In this document: positions 22,131-32,712 of the stretch, in pieces
Position numbering within the stretch: the first letter of the stretch is position 1
How the letters are laid out: each line of letters begins with the position of its first letter
NCBI GenBank assembly: GCA_965237415.1
Contig: CBDEFM010000002.1
Span: 2,944,001 to 3,008,000, forward strand
Origin: Alphaproteobacteria bacterium
Lineage (GTDB): Bacteria; Pseudomonadota; Alphaproteobacteria; UBA828
Reading direction: 5' to 3'
DNA length: 64,000 nucleotides
Program-made: the position numbers and the translations under genes
The notes under the pieces: generated by a model
Told to the model about the DNA's origin: nothing
Databases searched by the model: none
The model's input: only the letters and a program-made list of their open reading frames with translations

Positions 22131-23057
22131 TCACCCGCCCCGCCTGAAGCTCTCGGGCCGGGTCACCACCGGCACCGCGAGTGCGGCGATGACCAGGCCG
22201 AGGGCCGTGAACTCGGTCCAGCCCAGCGGCTCGCCCAGGATCAGAGCGCCGCTGAACAGGCCGATTATGGGGATGCCGAGGGTGCCGACGGTCGCCACCC
22301 CGGTCGGGAACAGCCGCACGATCTCATAGTAGAAGTAGTAGCAGATCACGAAGGGCGCGAGGATGTTGTAAATCACCGAGACGAGCGGCCAGAGCGACGG
22401 GAATGTCAAGTCATCCGCGTCCACCACGGCCGCAGCGACGAAGATCGGCACGCCGCAGATCAGGCACTGCCAGCCGACCAGCACCCACATGGAGACCTGC
22501 CAGTCGACGCGTTTGAGCGCCACCGTACCGCAGGCCCAGCCGATGGCGCCCGCCAGCACCAGCAGGGGCCCGAGCGGTGCCGCGCCCAGGGTCTGGGCGT
22601 CGCTCGCAATCAACACGCCGAGCCCCGCCGAGCCCAGCGCCAGCGCGCTGAGCCGCCGCCAGCCGGGGCGCTCGCCTAGCACGACGTAGCCCACCGGCAC
22701 GGTCCAGACCGGCATCGTGTAGGCGATGATCGCGCCGCGGCCCGAGGTCGTGTAGAGGAGCCCGAAGCCGGTCGCGAGGTGCCACAGGGTGATGTTGAAG
22801 AACCCCGAGACCAGAAGCGGCCGCCATTGATGGCGCGGCACCCGGAGCGAGCGGCCGAGCGCCCGGTGGAGGCCGATGATGATCAGGCCTGCGCAGAAGA
22901 GGCAGAGCCCGCGGAAGGTCAGTACCGGAAGCTCGCTGAGCGCGAGCTTGAGCATCGGCCAATTGACTCCCCAGAGCAGCGTCAACGCCGCCAGCAGAAG
23001 GAAGCCCCGGCGCGGAAGCGGCTCGACGCCGCCGGGCGACGGGGGTGCGCTCCTCAC
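22131..23057 (-). CDS. DMT/EamA-family transporter
   Basis: LLWGVNWP, two EamA repeats and LILGEPL. Confidence 0.88.
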   Translation of the reverse strand: MRSAPPSPGGVEPLPRRGFLLLAALTLLWGVNWPMLKLALSELPVLTFRGLCLFCAGLIIIGLHRALGRSLRVPRHQWRPLLVSGFFNITLWHLATGFGLLYTTSGRGAIIAYTMPVWTVPVGYVVLGERPGWRRLSALALGSAGLGVLIASDAQTLGAAPLGPLLVLAGAIGWACGTVALKRVDWQVSMWVLVGWQCLICGVPIFVAAAVVDADDLTFPSLWPLVSVIYNILAPFVICYYFYYEIVRLFPTGVATVGTLGIPIIGLFSGALILGEPLGWTEFTALGLVIAALAVPVVTRPESFRRGG

Positions 23058-23535
23058 CTGCGCGGCCGGGTGGCCGCGCGATTGCGCGCGCTCCGCAAGG
23101 CTTCATCTGGTCCGCGACCGCAGCGGGTCGGGTGGCAACACCCGATCCGACCGGTCCCCGCTTCCGCTCGCTCCGTCACGACCGCCCCTGCCTTGGTCTT
23201 CCCGGCCCCACGCGGCCGTGGATGTGCCCGCCATCCCGACGCCTGCATCATCCCGCCCCGACCGCCCGGCCTCAAGGGCGACACATCGGTGGCCGCGGTT
23301 GTGCATGACAGCTAAGCGCCGATATGAATTTTCTCTTGCGCGGTTTCGGCATACTCAATTTTCCAAATAGCATGATGGGTAACCGATCTGACACTTGTTC
23401 CTCACACGCCCGTTTCATAAACTCCGCTGTTGACGCACGCCGAGGTGGCCGGGAGGCGATCTCCTGCCCCCGTACACCGACAAGCCACGCAAGGCGGGCG
23501 GGCGTAGGATCTGCACCTGGAACTGGAGGACAGGG

Positions 23536-24567
23536 ATGAGCTGGAAAAAAATTGCCGGCGCCATTGCGGTGGCCGGCGCGCTGGTGGCAGCGGGCGCGGT
23601 TCCGGGCCAGGCAGCAACACTCGACGACGTGAAGGCCGCAGGCACGCTCAAGTGCGGCATTAACACCGGCCTGCCGGGCTTTGCCTACACCGACGACGCG
23701 GGCAATTGGACCGGCTTCGACGTGGCCTACTGCCGGGCGGTGGCGGCCGCCGTTCTCGGCGACGCCAACGCGATTTCCTTCATCAATCTGACCGGCAAGA
23801 CGCGCTTCCCGGCGCTGGCATCGGGCGAGATCGACGTGCTGTCGCGAAACACGACCTGGACCTTGTCGCGCGATGTCGACCTCGGCTTCACCTTCATCGG
23901 CGTCAGCTACTATGACGGCCAGGGCTTCATCGGCCGCACGGCGCTCGGCATCAGCAGCGCCACCGAGCTCGACGGCTCTTCGGTCTGCATCCAGACCGGC
24001 ACGACCACGGAGCTCAACCTCGCGGACTTCTTCCGCGTCAACGGCATCACCTACGAGCCGGTGCCGATCGAGACCAACGCCGAGGCCCGCGCGGCCTACG
24101 AGGCAGAGCGTTGCGACGTTTATACGACGGACGCCTCCGGTCTGGCGGCGACACGGACCACCTTCGAAGATCCGTCCGAGCACATGGTGTTCCCGGAAAT
24201 CATCTCGAAGGAGCCGCTGGGGCCGTTGGTGCGCCACGGCGACGACCAGTGGGCGGACATCGCGCGCTGGGTGCTGAACGCGCTGATCACGGCGGAAGAG
24301 CTCGGCGTGACCCAGGCGAACGTGGCGGACATGGCTGCCGCGCCGGGCAATCATCCTGAGATCAACCGGATGCTGGGGACCGAAGGCTCGATGGGCGAGA
24401 TGCTGGGTCTCGACGCGCAGTGGGCGGCCCACGCCATCGCGGCGGAAGGCAACTACGCCGAGATCTTCGATCGCTATATCGGCGCCAGCAGCCCGCTGGG
24501 CTTGGGCCGGGGTCTCAACGCCCTCTACACCGACGGCGGCATCCTCTATTCGCCTCCGATCCGTTAG
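23536..24567 (+). CDS. aapJ: General L-amino acid ABC transporter substrate-binding protein
   Basis: Signal peptide, then LSRNTTWT, YYDGQGF, ISKEPLGP and GGILYSPPIR. Confidence 0.92.
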   Translation: MSWKKIAGAIAVAGALVAAGAVPGQAATLDDVKAAGTLKCGINTGLPGFAYTDDAGNWTGFDVAYCRAVAAAVLGDANAISFINLTGKTRFPALASGEIDVLSRNTTWTLSRDVDLGFTFIGVSYYDGQGFIGRTALGISSATELDGSSVCIQTGTTTELNLADFFRVNGITYEPVPIETNAEARAAYEAERCDVYTTDASGLAATRTTFEDPSEHMVFPEIISKEPLGPLVRHGDDQWADIARWVLNALITAEELGVTQANVADMAAAPGNHPEINRMLGTEGSMGEMLGLDAQWAAHAIAAEGNYAEIFDRYIGASSPLGLGRGLNALYTDGGILYSPPIR

Positions 24568-24580
24568 CATCGACGACGCG

Positions 24581-24620
24581 CCGTCTCGCCCAGTCCGTTG
24601 GGCGGGACGGTGTCTTTTCT
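24581..24620 (+). terminator. Hairpin with T-tract after aapJ (terminator or mRNA stabiliser)
   Basis: CCGTCTCGCCCA...TGGGCGGGACGG followed by TGTCTTTT. Confidence 0.6.
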
Positions 24621-24682
24621 GGTAAAGGGCGTCCGTTCCGACAAAGATGTTATTCCGATAACGTAAGGGGGGCGGCGCCACC

Positions 24683-25870
24683 GTGACCAAGAGAGCGCCC
24701 CCACGTGGTGGCGGCTTCGACATAAGCCGCGCTTGGACCGACGAGCGCGCCCGCGGCGTCATATTCCAGGTTCTCATCGTGCTCGGGCTGGCGGGTTTCG
24801 CCGCCTTTATCGTTTCGAACACGATCACGAACCTTAGAGAAGCCGGCCTCTCCTCCGGCTACGGCTTCCTCTTCGACACCGCCAACTTCGATATCAATCA
24901 GCGCCTCGTCGACTACGCGTCCACCTCGACCTATGGGCAGGCCTTCGTCGTCGGTGCGCTCAACACCATCCTCGTCGCCGTGATGGGAGTCGTCGCGGCG
25001 ACCGTCATCGGCTTCGTGGCGGGCGTCCTCAGGCTCTCCAACAACTTCCTGGTGAGCCACATCGTGACGGTTTGGGTCGAGTTCACCCGCAACGTCCCGG
25101 TCCTGCTGCAGATCATCTTCTGGTGGCTGATCTTACTTGCGCTGCCGAGGGTGCGCGACAGCGTTTCGCTCGGCGATGCGGCCTTTCTGAATAACCGCGG
25201 CGTGTTCCTGCCCGCGCCGATCTTCGAGGACGGCTCGGCGATCGTGCTGGCGATGATTCTGGTCGGCGTGGTGGCGACCGTTCTGGTCAGGCGCTGGGCC
25301 AGGAAGCGTCAGGATGCCACGGGGCAGATCTTCCCGGTCGGCTGGGTCGGGCTCGGGCTGATCGTAGGTATCCCGCTCATCGTCTATTTCGCCGCCGGCC
25401 AGCCGCTCGACTTCGACATACCGGAGAAGAAGCGCTTCAATCTGAAGGGCGGCTTCAACATCACGCCGGAGCTGGTGGCGCTCTGGCTGGCGCTCTCCAC
25501 CTACACCGGCGCCTTCATCTCCGAGATCGTGCGCGGCGGGATCCTCTCGGTCTCCAAGGGACAGTCGGAGGCCGCCGGCGCGCTTGGGCTCAGGCGCGGG
25601 CTGACCACGCGCAAGATCATCCTGCCGCAGGCGCTGCGGGTGATCATTCCGCCGATGACCAGCCAGTACCTCAACCTGACCAAGAACTCCTCGCTCGCCG
25701 TCGCCATCGGCTATCAGGACATCGTCTCGATCGGCGATACCATCCTCAACCAGAGCGGCCAGGCGATCGAGGTGATCTCCCTCTACATGGCGTTCTATCT
25801 GGTGCTGAGCCTGCTCACGTCCTCGTTCATGAACTGGTACAACAAGCGCATCGCCCTGGTGGAACGATGA
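24683..25870 (+). CDS. aapQ: Amino acid ABC permease
   Basis: RNVPVLLQI, EIVRGGILSVSKGQSEAA and YLNLTKNSSLA. Confidence 0.9.
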   Translation: MTKRAPPRGGGFDISRAWTDERARGVIFQVLIVLGLAGFAAFIVSNTITNLREAGLSSGYGFLFDTANFDINQRLVDYASTSTYGQAFVVGALNTILVAVMGVVAATVIGFVAGVLRLSNNFLVSHIVTVWVEFTRNVPVLLQIIFWWLILLALPRVRDSVSLGDAAFLNNRGVFLPAPIFEDGSAIVLAMILVGVVATVLVRRWARKRQDATGQIFPVGWVGLGLIVGIPLIVYFAAGQPLDFDIPEKKRFNLKGGFNITPELVALWLALSTYTGAFISEIVRGGILSVSKGQSEAAGALGLRRGLTTRKIILPQALRVIIPPMTSQYLNLTKNSSLAVAIGYQDIVSIGDTILNQSGQAIEVISLYMAFYLVLSLLTSSFMNWYNKRIALVER

Positions 25871-26979
25871 CGAAGCACGCCTTCCATCGCAGTCAGGCGG
25901 AGATGCTGCCGGAGCGGCCGGCGCCGATTACCAGCACAGGCGTTATCGGCTGGATGCGGGCCAACCTCTTTTCGAGCTACCTGAGCGCGGCGCTCACGAT
26001 CGCGTCGATCGCCGTGCTCGCGCTGGTTTTGCCGGGTCTGATCGACTGGGCCTTCATCGACGCCACCTTGACCGGTGAGATCGGCAAGGACTGCCCCAGC
26101 AAAGGCGCGTGCTGGGCCTGGCTCGACCAGCGCATCACCCATTTCTTCTACGGCTTCTACCCGCCCGATGCCTATTGGCGCGTGCATGTCTGCCTCATCC
26201 TGCTGGTGCCGGCGCTCGGCTACATGCTGTTCAACAAGCTGCCCTACGTCCGCTACGGGCGCTGGTTCTCGCTCGCGTACCCCGTGATCGCGGCCTTCCT
26301 GCTGGTCGGCGGCCTTGGCCTCGAGGTCGTCCGCACCGACCAGTTCGGCGGCTTCATGCTCAACCTCATCGCCGGCATCACGGGGATCGTGCTCTCGCTG
26401 CCCATCGGCATCCTGCTGGCGCTCGGCCGCCGTTCGCGGATGCCGATCGTCCGGGTGTTCTCGGTCGGGTTCATCGAGTTCATCCGCGGCGTGCCGCTGA
26501 TCACGCTACTCTTCGTCGCGATCATCCTGCTGCCGCTGTTCCTGCCGCCCCAGGTCTCGCTCGATCAGCTGGTTCGCGTGATGATCATCATCACGGTGTT
26601 CGCCTCCGCCTACATGGCGGAGGTGATCCGCGGCGGGCTGCAGGCGATCCCGCAAGGGCAATTCGAAGCCGGCCAGGCGATGGGGCTCGGCTACTGGCAG
26701 TCGATGCAGCTCATCATCCTGCCGCAGGCGCTCAAGATTTCCATCCCGGGCATCGTCAACACCTTCATCGGCCTGTTCAAGGACACCACGCTGGTCATCA
26801 TCATCGGCCTGTTCGACATCCTCGGTCAGGCGCGCCTGCTCCAAACCAATCCGGACTGGCTGGGCAAGGTCGACTACGAGACCTTCCTGCTGGCGGCGCT
26901 GTTCTTCTTCGTGATCTGCTTCAGCATGTCGCGCTACTCGCTCAATCTCGAGAAGCGCCTGGACACCACGCGACGCTAG
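25867..26979 (+). CDS. aapM: Amino acid ABC permease
   Basis: LLALGRRS, RGVPLITLLF and EVIRGGLQAIPQGQFEA. Confidence 0.9.
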   Translation: MTKHAFHRSQAEMLPERPAPITSTGVIGWMRANLFSSYLSAALTIASIAVLALVLPGLIDWAFIDATLTGEIGKDCPSKGACWAWLDQRITHFFYGFYPPDAYWRVHVCLILLVPALGYMLFNKLPYVRYGRWFSLAYPVIAAFLLVGGLGLEVVRTDQFGGFMLNLIAGITGIVLSLPIGILLALGRRSRMPIVRVFSVGFIEFIRGVPLITLLFVAIILLPLFLPPQVSLDQLVRVMIIITVFASAYMAEVIRGGLQAIPQGQFEAGQAMGLGYWQSMQLIILPQALKISIPGIVNTFIGLFKDTTLVIIIGLFDILGQARLLQTNPDWLGKVDYETFLLAALFFFVICFSMSRYSLNLEKRLDTTRR

Positions 26980-26988
26980 GGGGGCACC

Positions 26989-27753
26989 ATGGCGGAGCCG
27001 GAAGCCGCACCGGGCGGCGCCGAAGACCCGATCATCGAGATCACCGGCCTCAACAAGTGGTTCGGCCAGTTCCACGCGCTGCGCGACATCGACCTTACGG
27101 TGGAACGGCGCGAGCGCATCGTCATCTGCGGGCCGTCGGGCTCGGGCAAGTCGACGCTGATCCGCTGCATCAACAGGTTGGAGGAGCATCAGGAAGGCAA
27201 GGTGGTCGTCGACGGTGTCGAGCTCACCCACAATCTCAAGAACATCGACGCGATTCGCCGCGAAGTCGGCATGCTCTTTCAGCAGTTCAACCTGTTCCCG
27301 CATCTCACGGTGCTGGAGAACTGCACGCTGGCGCCGATCTGGGTGCGCAAGATGCCCAAGGACGAGGCGCAGCAACTCGGCATGCAATATCTGGAGCGAG
27401 TCAAGATCCCGGAGCAGGCCATGAAGTACCCTGGCCAGCTCTCCGGCGGTCAGCAGCAGCGTGTGGCGATCGCCCGCTCGCTTTGCATGAAGCCCAACAT
27501 CATGCTGTTCGACGAGCCCACCTCGGCCCTCGATCCCGAGATGATCAAGGAGGTGCTCGAGGTCATGGTCGATCTCGCCGAGAGCGGCATGACCATGCTC
27601 GTCGTTACCCACGAGATGGGCTTCGCCTCCCAGGTCGCCAACCGCGTCATCTTCATGGACGCCGGCCAGATCGTCGAGCAGAACACGCCGGACGAGTTCT
27701 TCAACAACCCCCGGTCCGACCGAACCAAGCTGTTCCTGAGCCAGATTTTGTAG
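26989..27753 (+). CDS. aapP: Amino acid ABC ATPase
   Basis: [17 protein letters not shown] and [11 protein letters not shown]. Confidence 0.93.
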   Translation: MAEPEAAPGGAEDPIIEITGLNKWFGQFHALRDIDLTVERRERIVICGPSGSGKSTLIRCINRLEEHQEGKVVVDGVELTHNLKNIDAIRREVGMLFQQFNLFPHLTVLENCTLAPIWVRKMPKDEAQQLGMQYLERVKIPEQAMKYPGQLSGGQQQRVAIARSLCMKPNIMLFDEPTSALDPEMIKEVLEVMVDLAESGMTMLVVTHEMGFASQVANRVIFMDAGQIVEQNTPDEFFNNPRSDRTKLFLSQIL

Positions 27754-27768
27754 GAGCGGCGGCGAACC

Positions 27769-29241
27769 TCAGCCGCCGTCCGCATCGCCTGCGCCGGTGT
27801 CGAAGCGCGTGGGCGCGGGGCTTACGACCACGGTCTTGCCGCCGCCGGCGACCTCGAAGATGGCGAGGCCCCGTTCCGCGATCCCCTCGTCGTCGAAGCG
27901 AAACAACCCGTCCGCGCCGAGGAAGCCGCCGCGGTTTCCAATGGCCTGCGGCTCGAACGAGGCGCCTGCGCGCGCGAGCGCAGCCGCCAGCGCGGTCGCG
28001 TCATAGGCAAGGGTGGCGATCGCGCCCGGGGGTTCGCCGAAGACCCGGCGGTAGCGATCTTCGAAGTTTCGCCGTGCCGCCGGATCGGGGCCTGCAAACC
28101 AGCCGCCCAGAAGCGCCGCCTCGCCGAGCGTGGCCGGTTCTTCCCAGAGGCCGGTTCCGAGCACGCGGATCTTGGCAGGGTCGATATCGTAGTAGGGGAG
28201 CAACGGCGCGACCTGCCGCAGCCGGGCGCCGCCATCGGCGAGCAGCAGGGCATCGAAGGGCAGCGCGCCCAACGTGTCGAGCGTCGCAAGGCGCTTCAGC
28301 CGGCGGCGCGCGGCCGCGTCGTCCTGGCGGGCGAGCGCCCGTCTCTCATCCTTCAGCGCCTGGGCGCGCCGGTCGTACTCGGCGAGTTCGCGCACCACCT
28401 CGGCGGCATCGGAGGCATCCGGCGCGTAGGTGCGGACCCGCGTGAGCGAGAGCCCCGTGGACGCCGCGGCCGCCCAGGCTTCGTCCGACACCGCCGTGCC
28501 GTAGCGCGTATCCGGCACTAGCAGGGCGATCCGCCGGTGGCCGTTCGCCGCTGCATGGGCGAAGACCCGTCTGATCTGAGCGCGCGGCGTGTGGCCCAGG
28601 AGAAAGACCCCTTCGCTCGCCGCCGCCCGGTCGGTCGAGAAGGCGACCACGGTGACGTTCCGCGCCCGGGCGTGGTTGGCGACGGCGTTCACCCCTTCGG
28701 CGAACAACGGGCCCAGGATCAGATCGACGCCGTCTTCGAGCAGCGCGAGGGCGGCCCTCTCCGCTCCCTTCGCCGTGCCTTCCGTATCCCTCGGTAGCAG
28801 AATGAAGCGCTCGTCGGCCGTGTCGAAGAGGGCGAGCTGTGCCGCACGAAGCAGTGTCTCTCCTTCCGATGCGTAGCGGCCGGAGAGCGGCAGGAGGAGG
28901 CCCACCCTGGCAGCGGATGGCGTCGCTTCGGACGCTGCCGCCGCGTCGTCCTCGCCTGCGGCGGGCTCGCGTGCAGCCGGCGTCGCATCCGATTCGTCCG
29001 CAGAGAGGGCTGAGAGTGTCTCGTCCTCCCGCTCCGGTGCTGCTGCCTCCGGTGCCGGGCGCTCGGTCTCTGCAGCGGCGGTTTGCGCCGTCGAGGTGGG
29101 CGGTGGCTGGCCCTCGGCCGGCGGCGGCGGTACGCTCGGCGCAGCGCAGGCGCCCGCGAGAAGGATCAGCAGCAGAGCGGCGCCTGCCGGTCCGAACCGC
29201 CGGCTCCGGCCGGCTGCGGAGAGGGTGCGAGGTCGATTCAT
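27769..29241 (-). CDS. Penicillin-binding protein activator (LpoA/LppC-like lipoprotein)
   Basis: Lipobox AGAC. Motifs VGLLLPLSG, ILGPLFA, LAYDA and GFLGADGLFRF. Divergent from rsmI. Confidence 0.85.
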   Translation of the reverse strand: MNRPRTLSAAGRSRRFGPAGAALLLILLAGACAAPSVPPPPAEGQPPPTSTAQTAAAETERPAPEAAAPEREDETLSALSADESDATPAAREPAAGEDDAAAASEATPSAARVGLLLPLSGRYASEGETLLRAAQLALFDTADERFILLPRDTEGTAKGAERAALALLEDGVDLILGPLFAEGVNAVANHARARNVTVVAFSTDRAAASEGVFLLGHTPRAQIRRVFAHAAANGHRRIALLVPDTRYGTAVSDEAWAAAASTGLSLTRVRTYAPDASDAAEVVRELAEYDRRAQALKDERRALARQDDAAARRRLKRLATLDTLGALPFDALLLADGGARLRQVAPLLPYYDIDPAKIRVLGTGLWEEPATLGEAALLGGWFAGPDPAARRNFEDRYRRVFGEPPGAIATLAYDATALAAALARAGASFEPQAIGNRGGFLGADGLFRFDDEGIAERGLAIFEVAGGGKTVVVSPAPTRFDTGAGDADGG

Positions 29242-29299
29242 GCCCGAGGAAGCTCCTGCGACACCCGCAGGCGCGGGACAGAGTAGGGACGACACGGCC

Positions 29300-30190
29300 T
29301 TGAGTAAACCGCAGCCGGGCGTGGCGCCGGGCCTCTGGCTGGTGGCGACTCCGATCGGCAATCTGGAGGACATCTCGCAGCGGGCGCTCTCGGCGCTCGC
29401 GTCCGTCGACCGCATCGCCTGCGAGGATACCCGCCATACCGGACGGCTCCTCGCCCGCCATGGCATCGCAACCCGTCTCGTCTCCTACCACGAGCACAAC
29501 GCGGCGCGGGTTCGCCCGACGTTGATCCGCATGCTGGAAGGCGGCGGTTCGGTGGCCCTGGTTTCCGACGCGGGCACACCGCTGATCTCGGACCCCGGCT
29601 ACAAGCTTGTGCGTGCCGCGCTCGACGCCGGCATTCGCGTGACCGGCTGCCCTGGCCCGAGCGCCCCGCTGCTGGCTCTCATCCTTTCCGGTTTGCCGAC
29701 CGATCGCTTCTTTTTCGGTGGATTCCTGCCATCCAAGGCGGGCCCGCGGCGGGAGGCGCTCGTCGTGCTCAAATCGCTCGACGCTACGTTGGTATTCTTC
29801 GAATCGCCCCGCCGGCTCGCCGTGTCGCTGGCAGATATGGCGGAGACGTTCGGCCCGCGCCCGGCTGCGGTGGCACGCGAGCTCACCAAGCTGCACGAGG
29901 AGATGCGGCGCGCAACGCTCGACCGGCTTGCCGCTCACTACGCCGGCGCCGGCGCGCCCAAGGGCGAGGTCGTCGTCGTCGTGGGCGGCGACCGGGGCGA
30001 CGCGGCGCGTCCCGCACTCTCCGACGCGGAAATCGACGGCCGCCTCGACAGCCTGCTCGTCACGGGTACCGTCCGCGATGCGGCGGCGACGCTCAGCGCC
30101 GAGACCGGCCGGCCGCGCCGTGAACTCTATGCCCGTGCGCTGGCACGCTCGCGGGCACGGCCGGGCAAGGGATGCGCGCTCGATCCCTAG
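29300..30190 (+). CDS. rsmI: 16S rRNA C1402 2'-O-methyltransferase
   Basis: LVATPIGNLEDIS, CEDTRHT, VSDAGTPLISDPG and FESPRR. Start is TTG 29300 or ATG 29240. Confidence 0.95.
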   Translation: MSKPQPGVAPGLWLVATPIGNLEDISQRALSALASVDRIACEDTRHTGRLLARHGIATRLVSYHEHNAARVRPTLIRMLEGGGSVALVSDAGTPLISDPGYKLVRAALDAGIRVTGCPGPSAPLLALILSGLPTDRFFFGGFLPSKAGPRREALVVLKSLDATLVFFESPRRLAVSLADMAETFGPRPAAVARELTKLHEEMRRATLDRLAAHYAGAGAPKGEVVVVVGGDRGDAARPALSDAEIDGRLDSLLVTGTVRDAAATLSAETGRPRRELYARALARSRARPGKGCALDP

Positions 30191-30564
30191 CGGCGCGGCG
30201 GGCCGCTCATGAGCGAGGCCTCGCGGCGGAGCGGCTCTGCACACTACGACTCCGGCTCACCGGCTGGCGCATCCTGGCGCGACGCTATGCGACTCCCGCC
30301 GGCGAGCTCGACATCGTCGCCAAACGTGGCGCGCTGATCGCCTTCATCGAAGTAAAGCACCGCAACGATCGCCGGGGCGTTCTCGAGGCAATTTCCGCGC
30401 ATCAGCGGCAGCGCATCGAGAATGCAGCGACCATTTTCTTGTCGCGTCATCCGAATTGGCGCAAGCTTTCGTTCCGATTCGATCTGATGGTGGTGACCCC
30501 CTGGCGATGGCCGTGCCACTTGCCGGACGCGTGGCGTCCCGACCGAAGCGGGGCCGTAATCTGA
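30172..30564 (+). CDS. yraN: YraN family protein
   Basis: GELDIVAKRG.LIAFIEVK and RFD. Syntenic with rsmI. Confidence 0.9.
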   Translation: MRARSLAARRAAHERGLAAERLCTLRLRLTGWRILARRYATPAGELDIVAKRGALIAFIEVKHRNDRRGVLEAISAHQRQRIENAATIFLSRHPNWRKLSFRFDLMVVTPWRWPCHLPDAWRPDRSGAVI

Positions 30565-30569
30565 CGCTA

Positions 30570-31193
30570 TTGGGTCGGCGCCCGGGCCGGCGGACAAGGC
30601 TATTCGCCGCGCTTTCCCTCCTGTTGACCGGCTCTCTCATGCTCTCCGGATGCGCAGAGCTGCTCGTCGGCGTGGCCGCGACGACAGGCATCGCAGTCGC
30701 GGAAGAGCGATCGGTCGGCGACGCGGTCGACGATCTGACTATTCGGGCGGAGCTCAACCACCTCTTCTTCCAGGACGACGTCGAGCTCTATCAGGATGTG
30801 TCGTTCAGCGTGTTCGAGGGCCGTGTCCTGCTCAAGGGCAGCGTGCCTACGCCCGAAGCTCGCATTCACGCCCTCAGGGTTGCGTGGCAGGCCGTCGGCG
30901 TTCGCGAGGTGATCAACGAGCTGCAGGTGACCGACGAGGGCGGGATTCTGGACTACGCGCGGGACACCTGGATTTCGGCGCAGCTCAAGGGCAGGCTCCT
31001 CGTGGACGGCGATGTCCTCTCCATCAACTACAGCGTCGAAACCGTCAACGGCACGGTCTACCTCATCGGAATCGCGCAGGACGAGGCAGAGCTCGTGCGG
31101 GTGATCGAGCATGCCCGTGGCATCGAGGATGTGAAGCGTGTGGTGAGCCACGTCGTCCTGAAGGACGACCGGCGTCGCCCGGTGACGCCTTGA
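30570..31193 (+). CDS. BON-domain lipoprotein (YraP/DolP-like), copy 1
   Basis: Lipobox LSGC and two BON domains. Start approximate. Confidence 0.85.
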   Translation: MGRRPGRRTRLFAALSLLLTGSLMLSGCAELLVGVAATTGIAVAEERSVGDAVDDLTIRAELNHLFFQDDVELYQDVSFSVFEGRVLLKGSVPTPEARIHALRVAWQAVGVREVINELQVTDEGGILDYARDTWISAQLKGRLLVDGDVLSINYSVETVNGTVYLIGIAQDEAELVRVIEHARGIEDVKRVVSHVVLKDDRRRPVTP

Positions 31194-31858
31194 CGGGCGG
31201 TGCGACGATTGCACGCACACGTCCCACGGGCGGACGGCGCCCTCGTCTCTGGCGGTGCGCCGGACCGGCCGCCGCGCTCGCCCTCCTGCTGGCGGGTCCC
31301 CTCAGCCTCACCGGCTGTGCGGAGTTCGTCATCAGCGCGGTCACCACAACGAGCCTCGCGATGGCCGAGGAACGCACGCTCGGCGACGCAGTCGAAGATC
31401 TGGGCATTCAGGCGGAGCTCAACCATCTCTTCTTCCAGGACGATCTCGCGCTCTATCGGGATGTGTCGTTCAGCGTGGTCGAGGGTCGTGTCCTGCTCAA
31501 GGGCAGTGTGCCGACGCATGAGGACCGGGCCCGCGCGAGTTGGGTCGCCCGGCAGGCCACCGGCATTCGCGAGGTCATCAACGAGATGCAGGTGACCGCC
31601 GAGACCGGGATCCTGGACTACGCACGGGATCGGTGGATATCGCTGCAGCTCGACGCCAAACTTCTCCTCGATATCGATATCCTGTCGATCAACTATGACG
31701 TCGAGACCGTCAAAGGCACGGTCTATCTCATGGGGATCGCGCAAAGCGAAGACGAGCTGAAGAGGGTCGAGGAGCACGTCAGCAGCATCGGTGGCGTGAA
31801 GGGCGTCGTGAGCCACGTGGTCATGAAGGACGATCCGCGCCGACCGGCGCGACCCTGA
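31190..31858 (+). CDS. BON-domain lipoprotein, copy 2 (tandem paralog)
   Basis: TTG start overlaps the previous stop. Lipobox LTGC. AELNHLFFQDD is shared with copy 1. Confidence 0.82.
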   Translation: MTGGATIARTRPTGGRRPRLWRCAGPAAALALLLAGPLSLTGCAEFVISAVTTTSLAMAEERTLGDAVEDLGIQAELNHLFFQDDLALYRDVSFSVVEGRVLLKGSVPTHEDRARASWVARQATGIREVINEMQVTAETGILDYARDRWISLQLDAKLLLDIDILSINYDVETVKGTVYLMGIAQSEDELKRVEEHVSSIGGVKGVVSHVVMKDDPRRPARP

Positions 31859-32685
31859 TGGCCGCCGAGATGATCGAGCGTGCGCTCCGCGCCGTCGGTA
31901 CCCTCGCGGACGAAGAGATCGACCTGGCCGATGCGGCGCTTCTGCTGGGCGCCCTCGACATGCCGAACGTGTCGCTCAAGCGCTACCGGGATCATGTCGA
32001 GCGTCTGGCAGGAGACGTGGCAGCGCTCGCAAGGGCCGGCGAGCCGCTGGAGCGTCGCCGCCGCCACCTCAATGCCGTAATCTTCGACGCGCATGGCTAC
32101 GCCGGCGATGCCGAGACCTACGATGCGCCGGAGAATGCGAACCTGCTTCAGGTCATCGACCGCAGGGTGGGCCTGCCGGTCAGCCTCGGCATCCTCTATA
32201 TCCAGGCTGCCCGGGCGCAGGGCTGGGTGGTGGACGGGCTTGCCTTCCCCGGTCATTTCCTGGTGCGTATGGACGAAGGCGACGGCCGGGTCATCGTCGA
32301 TCCCTTCCATCGGGGCCAGTTGCTGGAAGCGGGTCACCTGCGCGGCCTGCTTAAGCAGTTCCGGGGTGCCGATGCGGAGCTGGAACCCGGCCACTACGCG
32401 CCGGTCGGCAACAGGGCGATCCTGCTCAGGCTTCAGAACAACATCAAATCCCGCGCGCTCCAGGCCAGCGACGGCGCGCGTGCCGCCGCGATCCTGGAGC
32501 GCATGCTGCTGATCGCACCCGAGGCCGGCGGCCTCTGGCACGAGCTCGGCATGGTGCGCGCGCGGCTCGGGACCATCAAGGGTGCGGTCGAAGCGCTGGA
32601 GCGAAGCCTCGCCTGCCCGCTCCCCGAAGCCGCGCGATCGCGTGTCGAGGCCGCGCTTGCATCGCTGACGACCAGCCTCCATTGA
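31858..32685 (+). CDS. SirB1/transglutaminase-like protein with TPR
   Basis: NANLLQVIDRRVGLPVSLGILY, FPGHFL, DPFHRG and RLQNNIK. Confidence 0.85.
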   Translation: MAAEMIERALRAVGTLADEEIDLADAALLLGALDMPNVSLKRYRDHVERLAGDVAALARAGEPLERRRRHLNAVIFDAHGYAGDAETYDAPENANLLQVIDRRVGLPVSLGILYIQAARAQGWVVDGLAFPGHFLVRMDEGDGRVIVDPFHRGQLLEAGHLRGLLKQFRGADAELEPGHYAPVGNRAILLRLQNNIKSRALQASDGARAAAILERMLLIAPEAGGLWHELGMVRARLGTIKGAVEALERSLACPLPEAARSRVEAALASLTTSLH

Positions 32686-32712
32686 GTTCGAAGGATGCAG
32701 GGGATCCATGAC

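Noticed and set aside
29239-29242. Divergent lpoA-like and rsmI genes sharing one CATG
   Set aside because: Start codons are uncertain. rsmI more plausibly starts at TTG 29300.
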